Positions 18,044-27,376 of a stretch of 64,000 nucleotides of DNA are shown here, in pieces. Source of the DNA: Polyangia bacterium (GTDB taxonomy: Bacteria > Myxococcota_A > Polyangia > Fen-1088); assembly GCA_035549075.1 (NCBI GenBank), contig DASZRT010000151.1, forward strand, positions 26,693 through 90,692, in the 5' to 3' direction. Position 1 is the stretch's first letter. The number at the start of each line of letters is the position of its first letter. The notes beneath the pieces are model-generated. The model made no database searches and was not told where the DNA came from. It was given only the letters and a program-made list of their open reading frames with translations. The position numbers were made by a program, and so were the translations under genes.

Positions 18044-19594
18044 ATGGACGACCAGAGCTTGCCCGCCGACGACGAGGAGGCCACCCTCCCCGCCGGAGCC
18101 AAGCTCGGAAAATACCAGGTCGTCCGCTTGCTCGGCGCGGGCGGCATGGGCGCGGTTTACGAGGCCGTACACACCGAGATCGGCAAGCGCGTCGCCGTCA
18201 AGACGCTCGCGCCGCAGGTCGCGGCGATCCCGGGCGCGCGGCAAAGATTTTTGCGCGAGGCGCAGCTCACCTCGCGCCTGCGCCACCCCAACATCGTCGA
18301 TCTCTCCGACATGGGCACGGAGGGGCGCGTCGCTTACCTCGTCATGGAGCTGCTCGCGGGCGAGGATCTCGCGGCGCGCCTCGAGCGCACGGGTCCGATG
18401 GTGCCGCGCGAGCTCGTCGACCTGACGCTGCCCGTGTGCTCGGCGCTCGTCGCCGCGCACGAAGCCGGCATCGTCCATCGCGACCTCAAGCCGCAGAACA
18501 TCTTCCTCGCCAACCAGCCGCAGGGCGTGCAGCCGAAGGTGCTCGACTTCGGCATCTCGAAGAGCGCCGACACCGACGCGTCGTCGTCGCTCACGAGCAC
18601 GGGCTCGGTCATCGGCACGCCGCACTACCTCGCGCCCGAGCAGATCAAAGACGCGCGCACGGCGAGCGCCGCGAGCGACCAGTACGCGATCGGCGTGATC
18701 CTCTACAAGTGCCTCACGGGCGACAACCCGTTCGAGGGCGACAGCATCTTCGCCGTGCTGCAGGCGATCGTCACGCAGCGGGCCGTGCCCGTGGGCGAGC
18801 GGCGCGCCGGGCTGCCGCCGGGCCTCGACGCCGTCGTCGAGCGCGCCATGAACCCGCTGCCGTGGGAGCGTTACCCGTCGGTACGCGAGCTCGGGCGCGC
18901 GCTGATTCCGTACGCGTCGCCCAAGGCGCGCATGATCTGGGAGGACACGTTCGCGGCGGGCGCGGCGACGGCCGAGCCGCCGCCCGAGGCGCGGCAGAGC
19001 CACACGATGCCCATGCCGACGCCGCAGCCGAGCGTCGTGCGCAAGCCGCAGTCGTTCTCGACGGCGAAGTCGCGGCTCGACTCGGGCACGTTGCGTCCGT
19101 CGGGAGACCTCGGGCTCGAGACGGACGTCGATGGCCTCGCGCCGTCGCGCTCGCGCCCGCGCATGATCGCGGGCATCGTCGCCGGCGCCGGCATCGCCGT
19201 CGCGGGGTTCTTCTTGTTTGCGCGCGGGTCGGGCGCGCCACCGCCGACGAGCGAGACGGTGAAGCCCGTCGCCGCGAGCGCCGCGCCGGCTCCGGCTCCG
19301 CCCGTGACGCCACCACCCGCACCGGCCGCCGTCGTGCCGGCGACGCCACCACCCGCCGCCGTCGCGCCGGCGACGCCGAAAGAAGAGCCGAAGGCGGAGC
19401 CCGAGAAGGCCGCCGTCGAACCGAAGATCGAAGAAAAGGTCGAAAAGAACGAGCCCGCGAGGTCGGCGCCGTCTTCGTCGTCGCACAAGCACGCGACGCC
19501 GCGCCACGCGCCGGCGCGCGGGAAGACCGAAGCGCCGACGACCGCACCGGCACGCCCGGCTCTGAACCCGAACGGCTCGCCCGTCATCGACTGA
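18044..19594 (+). CDS. Ser/Thr protein kinase with a C-terminal TM segment and a Pro/Ala-rich extracytoplasmic tail
   Basis: Kinase subdomains: GAGGMGAVYEA, VAVK, HRDLKPQNIFL, DFGISK, GTPHYLAPE. TM segment IAGIVAGAGIAVAGFFLF. Confidence 0.9.
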   Translation: MDDQSLPADDEEATLPAGAKLGKYQVVRLLGAGGMGAVYEAVHTEIGKRVAVKTLAPQVAAIPGARQRFLREAQLTSRLRHPNIVDLSDMGTEGRVAYLVMELLAGEDLAARLERTGPMVPRELVDLTLPVCSALVAAHEAGIVHRDLKPQNIFLANQPQGVQPKVLDFGISKSADTDASSSLTSTGSVIGTPHYLAPEQIKDARTASAASDQYAIGVILYKCLTGDNPFEGDSIFAVLQAIVTQRAVPVGERRAGLPPGLDAVVERAMNPLPWERYPSVRELGRALIPYASPKARMIWEDTFAAGAATAEPPPEARQSHTMPMPTPQPSVVRKPQSFSTAKSRLDSGTLRPSGDLGLETDVDGLAPSRSRPRMIAGIVAGAGIAVAGFFLFARGSGAPPPTSETVKPVAASAAPAPAPPVTPPPAPAAVVPATPPPAAVAPATPKEEPKAEPEKAAVEPKIEEKVEKNEPARSAPSSSSHKHATPRHAPARGKTEAPTTAPARPALNPNGSPVID

Positions 19595-19604
19595 CGCCCG
19601 TCAG
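19591..19604. terminator. Short hairpin CTGACG-cc-CGTCAG containing the stop codons of both convergent genes
   Basis: Palindrome spanning TGA (19592-19594) and TCA (19601-19603). Confidence 0.25.
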
Positions 19605-20995
19605 GGCGCGCAGCTCGGCGCTGGTGAAGGCGCCGCCATGAGCGCCGCGTGCGCCTTGGCGTCGGCGTCGGCCGGCGCGAGCCCGTCACCGAGCTGTGCG
19701 GCGACGATCGTGCGCCACACGAGCTGAAGGTCCGTCGCCGTGCCCATCGGACAGAGCGTCTTCGCGCGCGCGGCGATGGCGTCCCACTCCATCTTGAGCA
19801 AGCCGGCGGCGTCCAGCTTCTGTTCGACGCGCTCGCTGTAGGTCTTCACCTCGAACGCGAGGTATTCGGGGAAGAGCTGACCGTCGCCCGCGTACGATCG
19901 ATACACGGCGCCGAGCGGCTCGGGATCACCGGGGCAGCCGTCGAGCTTGGCGTCGACGTATCCTGGCTGGATCGTCCCCGACGCGTGACCGACGGTGACG
20001 GCCGCGTCGTAGGCCGAAGGCGCGGGGCACTTCGCGAGCGCGGGCAGCGGGTGCCAGCCCGAGGCGTCGTTGCCGGCGATCGTGCAGTCGAGGCAGCCGT
20101 CGACGGCGAGCCCCCAGCGCGCCATGCCCTCGAACACGTTGTCGCGCAGCGTGACGCCCGAGATCGTCGTCGTCTTGCCGATGACGTGCAGCCCCGCCGT
20201 GAGGCCCGTGCCCAGGTAGCGCGGCGACGTCGCCGTCACGCGGTTGCCCGAGACGACGACGCCCGTGTGATCGGCCACGATGGCGTCGCCGACGTTGATG
20301 CCCGAGAACGCGCTCGTCTTCTCGAGCGTGACGACGTTGTCGCTGATCGTCGTGCCCGCGCCGCCGTAGTAGACGATGCCGACGGCCGAGGGATCGTGGA
20401 TCTGGTTGCGCGCGATCGTCGTGTGCGAGCAGGCGATCGAGACGCCGTCGGTCCAGTGTCCGCCGGCGTCGTGCGGGCGCGACGCGCTCTCGACGACGTT
20501 GTCGGTGACGATCGACGAGTCGCACGGCTCGATGAGGTGCAGGTGCGTCCAGCCGGGCGCGTCGGTGAACGAGCAGCCGACGATCGAGTAGCCGTCGCCG
20601 GGGCCGATCTCGACGAGCGCCTGCGAGTCCTGCGTGCCCAGCACGCGTCGGTTGCCGTCGAAGCGCACCGACGCGAGGTGAATGTCGCTGCCCGAGCCGC
20701 GCACGGCGCCGCTCGAGCTGATGGGGAAGTCGGCGCCGAGACGAATCGTCGCCATCTCCGTCGGGTCGGAAGGCAGGCCCGCCGTGAAGAGCGTGAGCCC
20801 TTGGCGCAAGACGAGCAGCTGCGACAGCACGATCTCGGCGCGCGGGCACAAGAGCACGGTCTTGCGCGCGTCGATCGCCGCCTGCAGATCGGCGCCCGTG
20901 CCCGTCGCGAGGCAGTCGGTGCCGATGTACTTCGTGTCGCCGTGGCACGCGGGCACGAGCGTCGCGAGCGCAAAGACGAAGACCGCGAGCTTCAT
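19601..20995 (-). CDS. Secreted right-handed parallel beta-helix (pectin-lyase-fold) protein
   Basis: The start was re-set to an internal ATG, giving MKLAVFVFALATLVPACHG (signal peptide). The beta-helix repeats are GxxxxxNxIxxN-like (SIVGCSFTDA, TIARNQIHD, TISDNVVT, VVSGNRVTA, TLRDNVFEG). The upstream 88 codons of the track ORF are Arg-rich and overlap the upstream gene. Confidence 0.8.
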   Translation of the reverse strand: MKLAVFVFALATLVPACHGDTKYIGTDCLATGTGADLQAAIDARKTVLLCPRAEIVLSQLLVLRQGLTLFTAGLPSDPTEMATIRLGADFPISSSGAVRGSGSDIHLASVRFDGNRRVLGTQDSQALVEIGPGDGYSIVGCSFTDAPGWTHLHLIEPCDSSIVTDNVVESASRPHDAGGHWTDGVSIACSHTTIARNQIHDPSAVGIVYYGGAGTTISDNVVTLEKTSAFSGINVGDAIVADHTGVVVSGNRVTATSPRYLGTGLTAGLHVIGKTTTISGVTLRDNVFEGMARWGLAVDGCLDCTIAGNDASGWHPLPALAKCPAPSAYDAAVTVGHASGTIQPGYVDAKLDGCPGDPEPLGAVYRSYAGDGQLFPEYLAFEVKTYSERVEQKLDAAGLLKMEWDAIAARAKTLCPMGTATDLQLVWRTIVAAQLGDGLAPADADAKAHAALMAAPSPAPSCAP

Positions 20996-21936
20996 GGCAG
21001 CGGCACCGCGAGGCCGAGCGCCGCCGTGACCGACACCGGCGCGGGCGAGAACACCGTGCTCTGCGCGCCCTCGATCGCGAACGTCGGGCGCTCGAACGCG
21101 GCGGCGCCCTCGATCGTCGCGACGAGCGCGAGGTGCGACGACAGCCGGCGCTCGGCGCCCGCGCCGAGCCACGCCGTCTCCCACCACGCCGTCGCGCCGT
21201 TGGTCTCGGCGACGCCGACGCCGTTCGCGCGCGTGCGGTCGACGTCGCCGCCCGCGCACAGGCGCGCGCGCCAGCGGCCGCGCTCGGTCCAGCCGCAGAG
21301 GCCCGCGCCGAACGAAAGCAATTCGAAATCGCCGCCCGCGCCCGCGCCACCGACGGTGGCGCGCGTGCTCGCCGGGAAGATCGTGCCACGCGCGACGAAC
21401 GCGAGGTGCTCACCGCCGAGCGTCGCCTCGACGCGCGCGCCGAGCGCAGCGTGCGGCAACGCGCCGAGCGCCGCGACGCCCGACGCCGCGAGCGCGCCGC
21501 GCACATTCATCGGAGGCGGGGACGCGGGCGCTTCGATCACGGGCGCGAAGCCACCGCCCGCCTGACCGCGTTCGATCGCTGGCGCGTCGTCGGCGGCCGA
21601 GTGCTCCTCGACGGTCACGAGCGCCGCGATGACGAGCCCCAGCGTCGCCCACCGCTCGGCCGGCGCGTCGTTGGCGCGGAACGACAGATCGCGACGTACG
21701 GGCGCGCGCGCGGGCTCGCTGGGATCCGCCAGCTCGACGGTCGCCGCGCCGTCACCCGCGGACGCGACGCGCGCTTGCCAGCACGAGGCGCCGCGATCGG
21801 CGGACTCGGGCAGAACGATGCGGCAACGGCCGACGCCGAGGATCTCGCTGCAACGTCGCTCGAGCGCGGCGCGCGGCGCGTCGGCGGCGACTGGTCCGGC
21901 GATCTCGACGGCTACACAGGCCTGGGGCGCGACCAT
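20992..21936 (-). CDS. Hypothetical membrane-anchored protein (314 aa) cotranscribed with ECF sigma/FecR
   Basis: ATG at 21936 with a GGAGAGG RBS, 12 nt after the FecR stop. One TM segment (WATLGLVIAALVTV). The C-terminus is beta-strand-like (alternating hydrophobics). Confidence 0.55.
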   Translation of the reverse strand: MVAPQACVAVEIAGPVAADAPRAALERRCSEILGVGRCRIVLPESADRGASCWQARVASAGDGAATVELADPSEPARAPVRRDLSFRANDAPAERWATLGLVIAALVTVEEHSAADDAPAIERGQAGGGFAPVIEAPASPPPMNVRGALAASGVAALGALPHAALGARVEATLGGEHLAFVARGTIFPASTRATVGGAGAGGDFELLSFGAGLCGWTERGRWRARLCAGGDVDRTRANGVGVAETNGATAWWETAWLGAGAERRLSSHLALVATIEGAAAFERPTFAIEGAQSTVFSPAPVSVTAALGLAVPLP

Positions 21937-21947
21937 CCTCTCCAGGA

Positions 21948-22985
21948 TTATCGCGGATGCACCGGCGTGCCGCCAACCTCGCCCTCGATGCCGGCGCGAA
22001 CGGCGCCGAGGTTGGCGCGCGCTTGTTCCGACAGCGGTCCGCGCGGCGCGCGCGCGAGCAGCTGTTGGTAGAGGCGAGCCGCCGCGGCGCCGCGGCCCGC
22101 GCGCTGCGCCTCGAGCGCCTGTTGGAAGAGCGCGTTCTGCGCGCGGAGGTCGCTCGGACGATCCACCGGACGCTCGATCACGCGCGGCGCGACGGCGATC
22201 TTGCGCACGTGCGCCGCTTCGACGGGCGCCGGCGCCGCGGCCACGGGCGCCTCGCAGCCCCACGTCTGCCCCGGCGCGACCATGTGGGTCTCGCCGCTCG
22301 CGAACACGGCGACGAGGCCCTCCTGCACGCGCACGCACGTCGCGGGCACCGAGCCCGGGTGCAGCTCGACGTCGAACTCGGTGCCGCGCACCTGCACGTC
22401 GGCGTCGGGCGTGAGGACATGAAAGCGCTGGCCCGCGTGCAGCTTCGTCACCTTGAGGTGCGCGCGGCCGCGCAGCAGGTTCACGGCCTCGATCGCCGGC
22501 GCGCCCGCGACCTCGGTGTTGGCGGCGACGACGGTGCCGACGCGCGACGCGGGCGCGAGCGTGAGCGTCGCCGTGTTGGCGAGCTGCACGCGCGTCGCCT
22601 CGTCGGCCGGCGCCTCGAGCGCGCCCGCGCCGAGCCCCGAGGCCTCGCCCGTGCGCAGCGTGCGGCGCGCGACGCCGTCCTCGAGCCAGAGCGTGCCGTC
22701 GAGCACCGCGACCGTCGCCGTGCGCGACGGCGCGACGCGCGCGCCCGGCGCGACGAGAATGATGGCGGCCGCCGCGCTCGAGACCGCGGCGAGCGTGAGC
22801 GCCGTGCGGCGCACGAAGCGCAGGCGGCGCGTGCGCACGTGAACGCGCGCGGCGTGCGCGCGCAGCTGCGGCACGACGCGCGCGCGGCGCGATGAACGAT
22901 CTCGCGCCGGCGGGCCCCCCGCCGGCAACGCATCGACGTAACGCGCGAGCGTCACGCGCGTGTCCTCCCCCTCACCCGCGTCCAT
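21948..22985 (-). CDS. FecR-family anti-sigma factor (TM + FecR domain)
   Basis: TM segment LTLAAVSSAAAAIILVA. FecR signature GQRFHVLTPDADVQVRGTEFDVEL. It overlaps the ECF sigma stop by 14 bp. Confidence 0.85.
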   Translation of the reverse strand: MDAGEGEDTRVTLARYVDALPAGGPPARDRSSRRARVVPQLRAHAARVHVRTRRLRFVRRTALTLAAVSSAAAAIILVAPGARVAPSRTATVAVLDGTLWLEDGVARRTLRTGEASGLGAGALEAPADEATRVQLANTATLTLAPASRVGTVVAANTEVAGAPAIEAVNLLRGRAHLKVTKLHAGQRFHVLTPDADVQVRGTEFDVELHPGSVPATCVRVQEGLVAVFASGETHMVAPGQTWGCEAPVAAAPAPVEAAHVRKIAVAPRVIERPVDRPSDLRAQNALFQQALEAQRAGRGAAAARLYQQLLARAPRGPLSEQARANLGAVRAGIEGEVGGTPVHPR

Positions 22986-23619
22986 TCTGCTTCTCCTTTT
23001 TCGCGATGAAATCTAGGACGTCTTTGCGCCCGCGCACGAGGCGCGACTGAGCGGCGGCGACGGTGACGCCCGTGAGCGACGCGATCTCCGTGAGCTCGTG
23101 CCCCATGATGTCGTGCAGGATCACGGCCTCGGCGCGCGTGCGGTTGACGGTCGCGAGCGCGCCCAGCAGGCGCTCGACGCGGCGGCGCGTCTCGGCGAGG
23201 CGCTCCGGCGTGCGTCCCTCCTCGGCGACGAGCTCGAGCGCCGCCGGACCCGCGGCGCGGTCGAACAGCTTCCGCTCGCGGGTGCGCGCGCGCATCGTGT
23301 CGATCGCCAGGTTCTGCGTGACGAGCGTGGCCCACGAGCGCAGGCTGCAGTTGTTGGCGAAGCGGTTCTGGACGATCGACGTGATGACGCGCTCGAGCGC
23401 CTGCTGCGCGAGATCGTCGCGCTCGAGATCGCCCGGCCCCATCAACCGGTAGAGCACGGCGTCGACGACGTCCTCGACGCGGTCGTAGACGACCTCGGCC
23501 GCCCACGCCTCGCCCGACGCGAGCGCGCGGCAGAGCTCGGCGTCGGTGAGCGAGCTGCCGCGCGGCGCGCCCGCCGCGCCGGCTGGCCCGCTCGGCGGAC
23601 GTGCCTTGAACAAGGCCAT
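22972..23619 (-). CDS. ECF (group IV) sigma-70 factor
   Basis: An internal ATG at 23619 gives a 215-aa protein with region 2 (VYDRVEDVVDAVLYRL..DLAQQALERV) and region 4 (ILHDIMGHELTEIASLTGVTVAAAQSRLVRGRKDV). Confidence 0.85.
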   Translation of the reverse strand: MALFKARPPSGPAGAAGAPRGSSLTDAELCRALASGEAWAAEVVYDRVEDVVDAVLYRLMGPGDLERDDLAQQALERVITSIVQNRFANNCSLRSWATLVTQNLAIDTMRARTRERKLFDRAAGPAALELVAEEGRTPERLAETRRRVERLLGALATVNRTRAEAVILHDIMGHELTEIASLTGVTVAAAQSRLVRGRKDVLDFIAKKEKQNGRG

Positions 23620-23711
23620 ATCAGATACGATAGACGCCCCGGCGGCGCCGGGCAGGCAGGAAATCATGGCGTCAAAATCGTGGCGCGCGGCGGCGGCGTG
23701 CGTTGTCACGA

Positions 23712-26351
23712 TCATGGGCCCGCGATCCCCAGCGTGTTGGTGGTCCCCAGCTTCTTGACGCCCTGGTTCGGCGTGCCCGTGACCACGGACCAGGTGAAGC
23801 CGTCGAGCGGCTTCGAGGCGCGCTCGACGACGTAGACGCCGCCCTTCTGCGTGTCGAACGTGAGCGTCACGCTCGACGACGACGTCACGTCCGTGCTCGT
23901 CGCCGTCGCGCCCGCGCCGACGATCTTGCGCACCTTCACCGCCGTCGCGCCCCACGGGTTGATGACCGTCGCCGAGCCGCCGAGCTGGCTCAGGAGCCCG
24001 ACGTACTTGATGTCGCCGCCTTCGCGCTCGCTCGTGACGAGGAAGCCGCCGCGCGCCGCGAGCGTGAATCGTGTCACGAGGCCCGTGTCCTTCGGCAGCG
24101 CCGGGAACACGCGGATCCTGCCGTCGTAGCTCTGCAGCAGCGACTCGTTCATCACGCACAGGTGCACGCCCAAGTATTCGAACACCCCGTTCGTGTTGTT
24201 GGTCATGCCGTTCGGGTAGCTCTGGTAGTTCTTCAGCATCGTCTTCATGCCGGCGTTCGCGTCGTCGCCGAGGCCGAGGCGCGCGGCCTGGATCGCGTCG
24301 TTCGACCACACGTTGCCGTAGGGAAAAGGCCGCGCCTTCCAGCTCGCGAGCGCCATCGCGTAGTCGGGCGCGTCGATGCCCGTGACGTCGTAGGGCCACA
24401 GCAGCTCGCCCACGATGTTCTCGTTGTTGCGCGTCTGCGAGATCGGCGGCTCGTGCGGCAGGTACTTCGTGCCGTCGTTCGGGTACGGCGTGAGGTTGTC
24501 GAGCACGTCCTGCCACTGCGGCCGCAGATCGGCGTCGACGCCCAGCGACTGGCTGGTCTTGATGGCGACGGGGAAGAGCTGCCGCACGGCCGCGAGATCG
24601 GTGAGCGCGTTCTTCACGTGCCAGTACGTCTCGTGCGCGTTCGACGACAGCATGACGTACTTGCCCGAGCCCGCGTCCTTCGTGAGCTTCTTCACGTAGA
24701 ACTTCGCGACGTCGCGCATGAAGGGGTACGCCGTGTTCTTCAAATAGTCGGCGTCGCCCGTGTACGCGAACTGCGCGTACATGTTCATGGCGGCCTCGGT
24801 GGCCGTCGTGAAGATGTCGTTCGTGTATTCGGTGTTGCCGTCGGCGTTGCCGTTCCAGCCCATGGTCTCGGGCACCCAGAGGCCGTCGAAGCCGAACCGG
24901 CTCTTGGTGAAAGCTTCGAGCGCGGGGACGTTGCGGCTGTACAGCTTGTTGAACGGCGCCATGACGTCGGCGTGGTTCGACGCGAGGAACGAGTTGTAGA
25001 CGTCGCGCTGGTTCCAATACCAGTAGCCGTTGCTCCACTTCGTCTTGTCGGCCGTCGCGCGCTCGACGCCGTTGATGAAGTGGAACGGGTAGTTGCCGAA
25101 CCCGCCCGCGGCGATCATCTCCGTCGCGAGGAAATACACGTTCTCGAGGTAATCGGCGTCGCCGGCGGCGTTCGAGTATTGAACGAACGAGCGGCGCCAG
25201 AACGCGTGCCAGAAGTCCTCGTAACCAGCGAACGTCGTCGCGTAGGTGGCCTGCTTCGTGCGCGCGAGCGCCGCCTTCGCCTCGCCGACCGAGTCGTTGC
25301 CCGCGGCGTTCAGGCGCGACGAGCACGCGATCCAGATCGTGTAGCTCGCCGAAGGCGTGATCGTGAGGCGCACGGCGCTCGCGCTGGGCGACGACGTCGT
25401 GAAGGCCGCGCCCTCGACGGTGGCGGCGAGCGTGTAGCCGAACTCGTCGGGATCGGCCTGCCCGCGCGACAGGCCCGCGCTGTCGGCCTCGGCGTAGGTC
25501 GTGACCTTCTTCCACGTGTCGAGGTTGCGGACGTTCCAGTTCGACAGCGTCGAGAGATCCCACAGCGAGAGATCGACCGTCGCGCTCGTGACGCCCGCGC
25601 GGCCGTCGACGACGTGGATGCCGATGACCTCTGAATTCGGCGCGCCGATGACCGTGACGGTTCGGGCATCTTTGCTGGCTTCGCTGCCGTACTTCGTCGA
25701 CACGACGCCGTCGTACAGCGCGAGCCGCTGCTGGAACGCGCCGCCGCCCGAATCAATCGCCGGGTTGGTGTTGAACGCCACGAGGCCGCCCGCGTAGGCG
25801 GATTGCTCGGAGATGTCGACGTTCGACACCTGCATCGAAAGGCCGTTCTCGCTCCACACCATCGCGCCCGTGCGGCCGTTGCCGACGGTGAGGCCGTAGA
25901 GCGAGTTCGTGTTCGGCTTGGCGTAGACGAGGTCGTGCTTGGGCAGGTACGCCGCGTAGTCGACGTTGAGCACGCCCTTCGCCGTGTCGAACGCGTGGCC
26001 CGTGGGCCCGTCGACGACCGTCGTCGGCGGCGCGCTCGTGGTGCCGCCTGAGCCGCCGGTTGCGGTCGCACCACCGGTCGCAGACCCGCCCGCGCCGCCG
26101 ATCGACGACACGCCGCCAGATCCGCCGGCATCGGACGTTCCGCCCGTCGCCGTCGCGCCTGCGTCTCCACCCGTCGCCGTCACGCCGCCGGTGCCTCCCG
26201 ACGTGCCCGCTACCGCGCCGCCCGTACCCGCTGAACCCGAGCTACCGCCCGTCGCATTCGGCCCACCATGACCGCTCGACGAGCACGCGCCCAGCGCCAG
26301 CGCCAACACGGCGCCCGCTCGAAACGTTCGGCCAGAAAAGAAAGTCCACAC
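23712..26351 (-). CDS. Large secreted lipoprotein (879 aa) with a Gly/Thr/Ser linker and a putative glycoside-hydrolase-like catalytic region; function unassigned
   Basis: Lipobox LALALGAC, about 100 aa of GGT/GGS linker, then a long aromatic-rich domain (NGYWYWNQRDVYNSF, FGFDGLWVPETMGWNGN) suggestive of a carbohydrate-active enzyme. Confidence 0.7.
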   Translation of the reverse strand: MWTFFSGRTFRAGAVLALALGACSSSGHGGPNATGGSSGSAGTGGAVAGTSGGTGGVTATGGDAGATATGGTSDAGGSGGVSSIGGAGGSATGGATATGGSGGTTSAPPTTVVDGPTGHAFDTAKGVLNVDYAAYLPKHDLVYAKPNTNSLYGLTVGNGRTGAMVWSENGLSMQVSNVDISEQSAYAGGLVAFNTNPAIDSGGGAFQQRLALYDGVVSTKYGSEASKDARTVTVIGAPNSEVIGIHVVDGRAGVTSATVDLSLWDLSTLSNWNVRNLDTWKKVTTYAEADSAGLSRGQADPDEFGYTLAATVEGAAFTTSSPSASAVRLTITPSASYTIWIACSSRLNAAGNDSVGEAKAALARTKQATYATTFAGYEDFWHAFWRRSFVQYSNAAGDADYLENVYFLATEMIAAGGFGNYPFHFINGVERATADKTKWSNGYWYWNQRDVYNSFLASNHADVMAPFNKLYSRNVPALEAFTKSRFGFDGLWVPETMGWNGNADGNTEYTNDIFTTATEAAMNMYAQFAYTGDADYLKNTAYPFMRDVAKFYVKKLTKDAGSGKYVMLSSNAHETYWHVKNALTDLAAVRQLFPVAIKTSQSLGVDADLRPQWQDVLDNLTPYPNDGTKYLPHEPPISQTRNNENIVGELLWPYDVTGIDAPDYAMALASWKARPFPYGNVWSNDAIQAARLGLGDDANAGMKTMLKNYQSYPNGMTNNTNGVFEYLGVHLCVMNESLLQSYDGRIRVFPALPKDTGLVTRFTLAARGGFLVTSEREGGDIKYVGLLSQLGGSATVINPWGATAVKVRKIVGAGATATSTDVTSSSSVTLTFDTQKGGVYVVERASKPLDGFTWSVVTGTPNQGVKKLGTTNTLGIAGP

Positions 26352-26440
26352 GCGTCGTTACCGTCGAGTCCGTTCGCTGGATAGACGACGCGGACGACCC
26401 GCGGCAGGCACGAAACGAGGCCTGTTTCCCGCGGTTTTAC

Positions 26441-27376
26441 TCAGTCTTCGAGCTGCACGCGCAACGCGTAGACCAGATACGTGCGGGCGAGTGGGCCTGT
26501 CCACAGCCACGGCGGCAACAGCTCGGGGGTGCCGACCTCGGCGAGGATCGGGCGCACGACGGTGGGGTTCGCCGCGTAGTAGGCGGCGCCCTTCGCGACG
26601 ACGTCGTCGAGGACGCGGGCGAGGTCGGCGTCGGGAGGCAGCTCGTCGAGCGGATAGAAGTTCGACGACACGACGTCGCTCGCGAAGAGCGCGGTGCCAC
26701 CTTCGGCCGTGAGGCTCACGAGCGTCGACAGGTGCGTGCGCAGCAGCGCGTGGCGCGCGGCCTCGAGAGTGGGGTGGCGATCGCCGAGCGCCTCGCGCAG
26801 CGCGAACGCCATCTGCGTCATCACGCACGCCGAGACGACGACGTCGAACGGCCCGGGCAGCCGCGCGATGAGCCCGTCGAGGGTGGCGCCCGCGACCTCT
26901 TCCAGCTCGGCGGCGTCGGGCGGCGCGCGCCGCCAGCGCGCGAGGCGGCGCGCCGACAAACCCGAGAGATCGACGTCGCCGTGACGATGCAGCCGCGCGC
27001 GTACGGCGGCTTCGGGCCGCGCGACGGCGCGCGCGAGCGCCTTGCCGTCGAGGTCGACGAGGTGGATCTCCGCGAACGCGGCGTCGCCGGCGAGCGCCGC
27101 GAGATCGAGATCGTTGCACGCGCCGGCGCCGAGCACGCACAACCGCCCGCCGGGCCGCGCGAGCTGCGCGCGCACGGCCGCCGTGAAGCGCGCGCGGTGC
27201 GCGGCGTAGAGCTGCCAGTCGTCGATGGTCGCAGTCTGCGCGCGCGGGCTCAGAACTGCGACCAAAACCGCCACGTGCCGACGGTGCTCATCGGGACCTG
27301 CGGCGAGTGGCCGAGCCCCGTCGTGGGGCACCACACGACGGGGAAGCCCGGCAGGCAGCCTTGATACTCGACGCAC
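26441..27376 (-). CDS. Putative class I SAM-dependent methyltransferase-like protein; start uncertain
   Basis: CVLGAGACNDLDL (motif I-like), EIHLVDLD (motif II-like), DVVVSACVMTQM (motif IV-like). The first ATG of the ORF overlaps the upstream esterase gene by 126 nt, so the true start is probably internal or non-ATG. Confidence 0.45.
   Translation of the reverse strand: MRRVSRLPAGLPRRVVPHDGARPLAAGPDEHRRHVAVLVAVLSPRAQTATIDDWQLYAAHRARFTAAVRAQLARPGGRLCVLGAGACNDLDLAALAGDAAFAEIHLVDLDGKALARAVARPEAAVRARLHRHGDVDLSGLSARRLARWRRAPPDAAELEEVAGATLDGLIARLPGPFDVVVSACVMTQMAFALREALGDRHPTLEAARHALLRTHLSTLVSLTAEGGTALFASDVVSSNFYPLDELPPDADLARVLDDVVAKGAAYYAANPTVVRPILAEVGTPELLPPWLWTGPLARTYLVYALRVQLED

Noticed and set aside
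23800-26200. CRISPR-like periodicity from GGCACCGGCGGC / GGTGGxxCGCC repeats in several genes
   Set aside because: The repeats encode in-frame Gly/Thr/Ser linkers of lipoproteins. They are not direct repeats of fixed length with unique spacers. No cas genes are present.
26060-27364. 434-aa plus-strand ORF
   Set aside because: Antisense to the methyltransferase-like and esterase genes, with an Arg/Ser/Pro-rich low-complexity translation.
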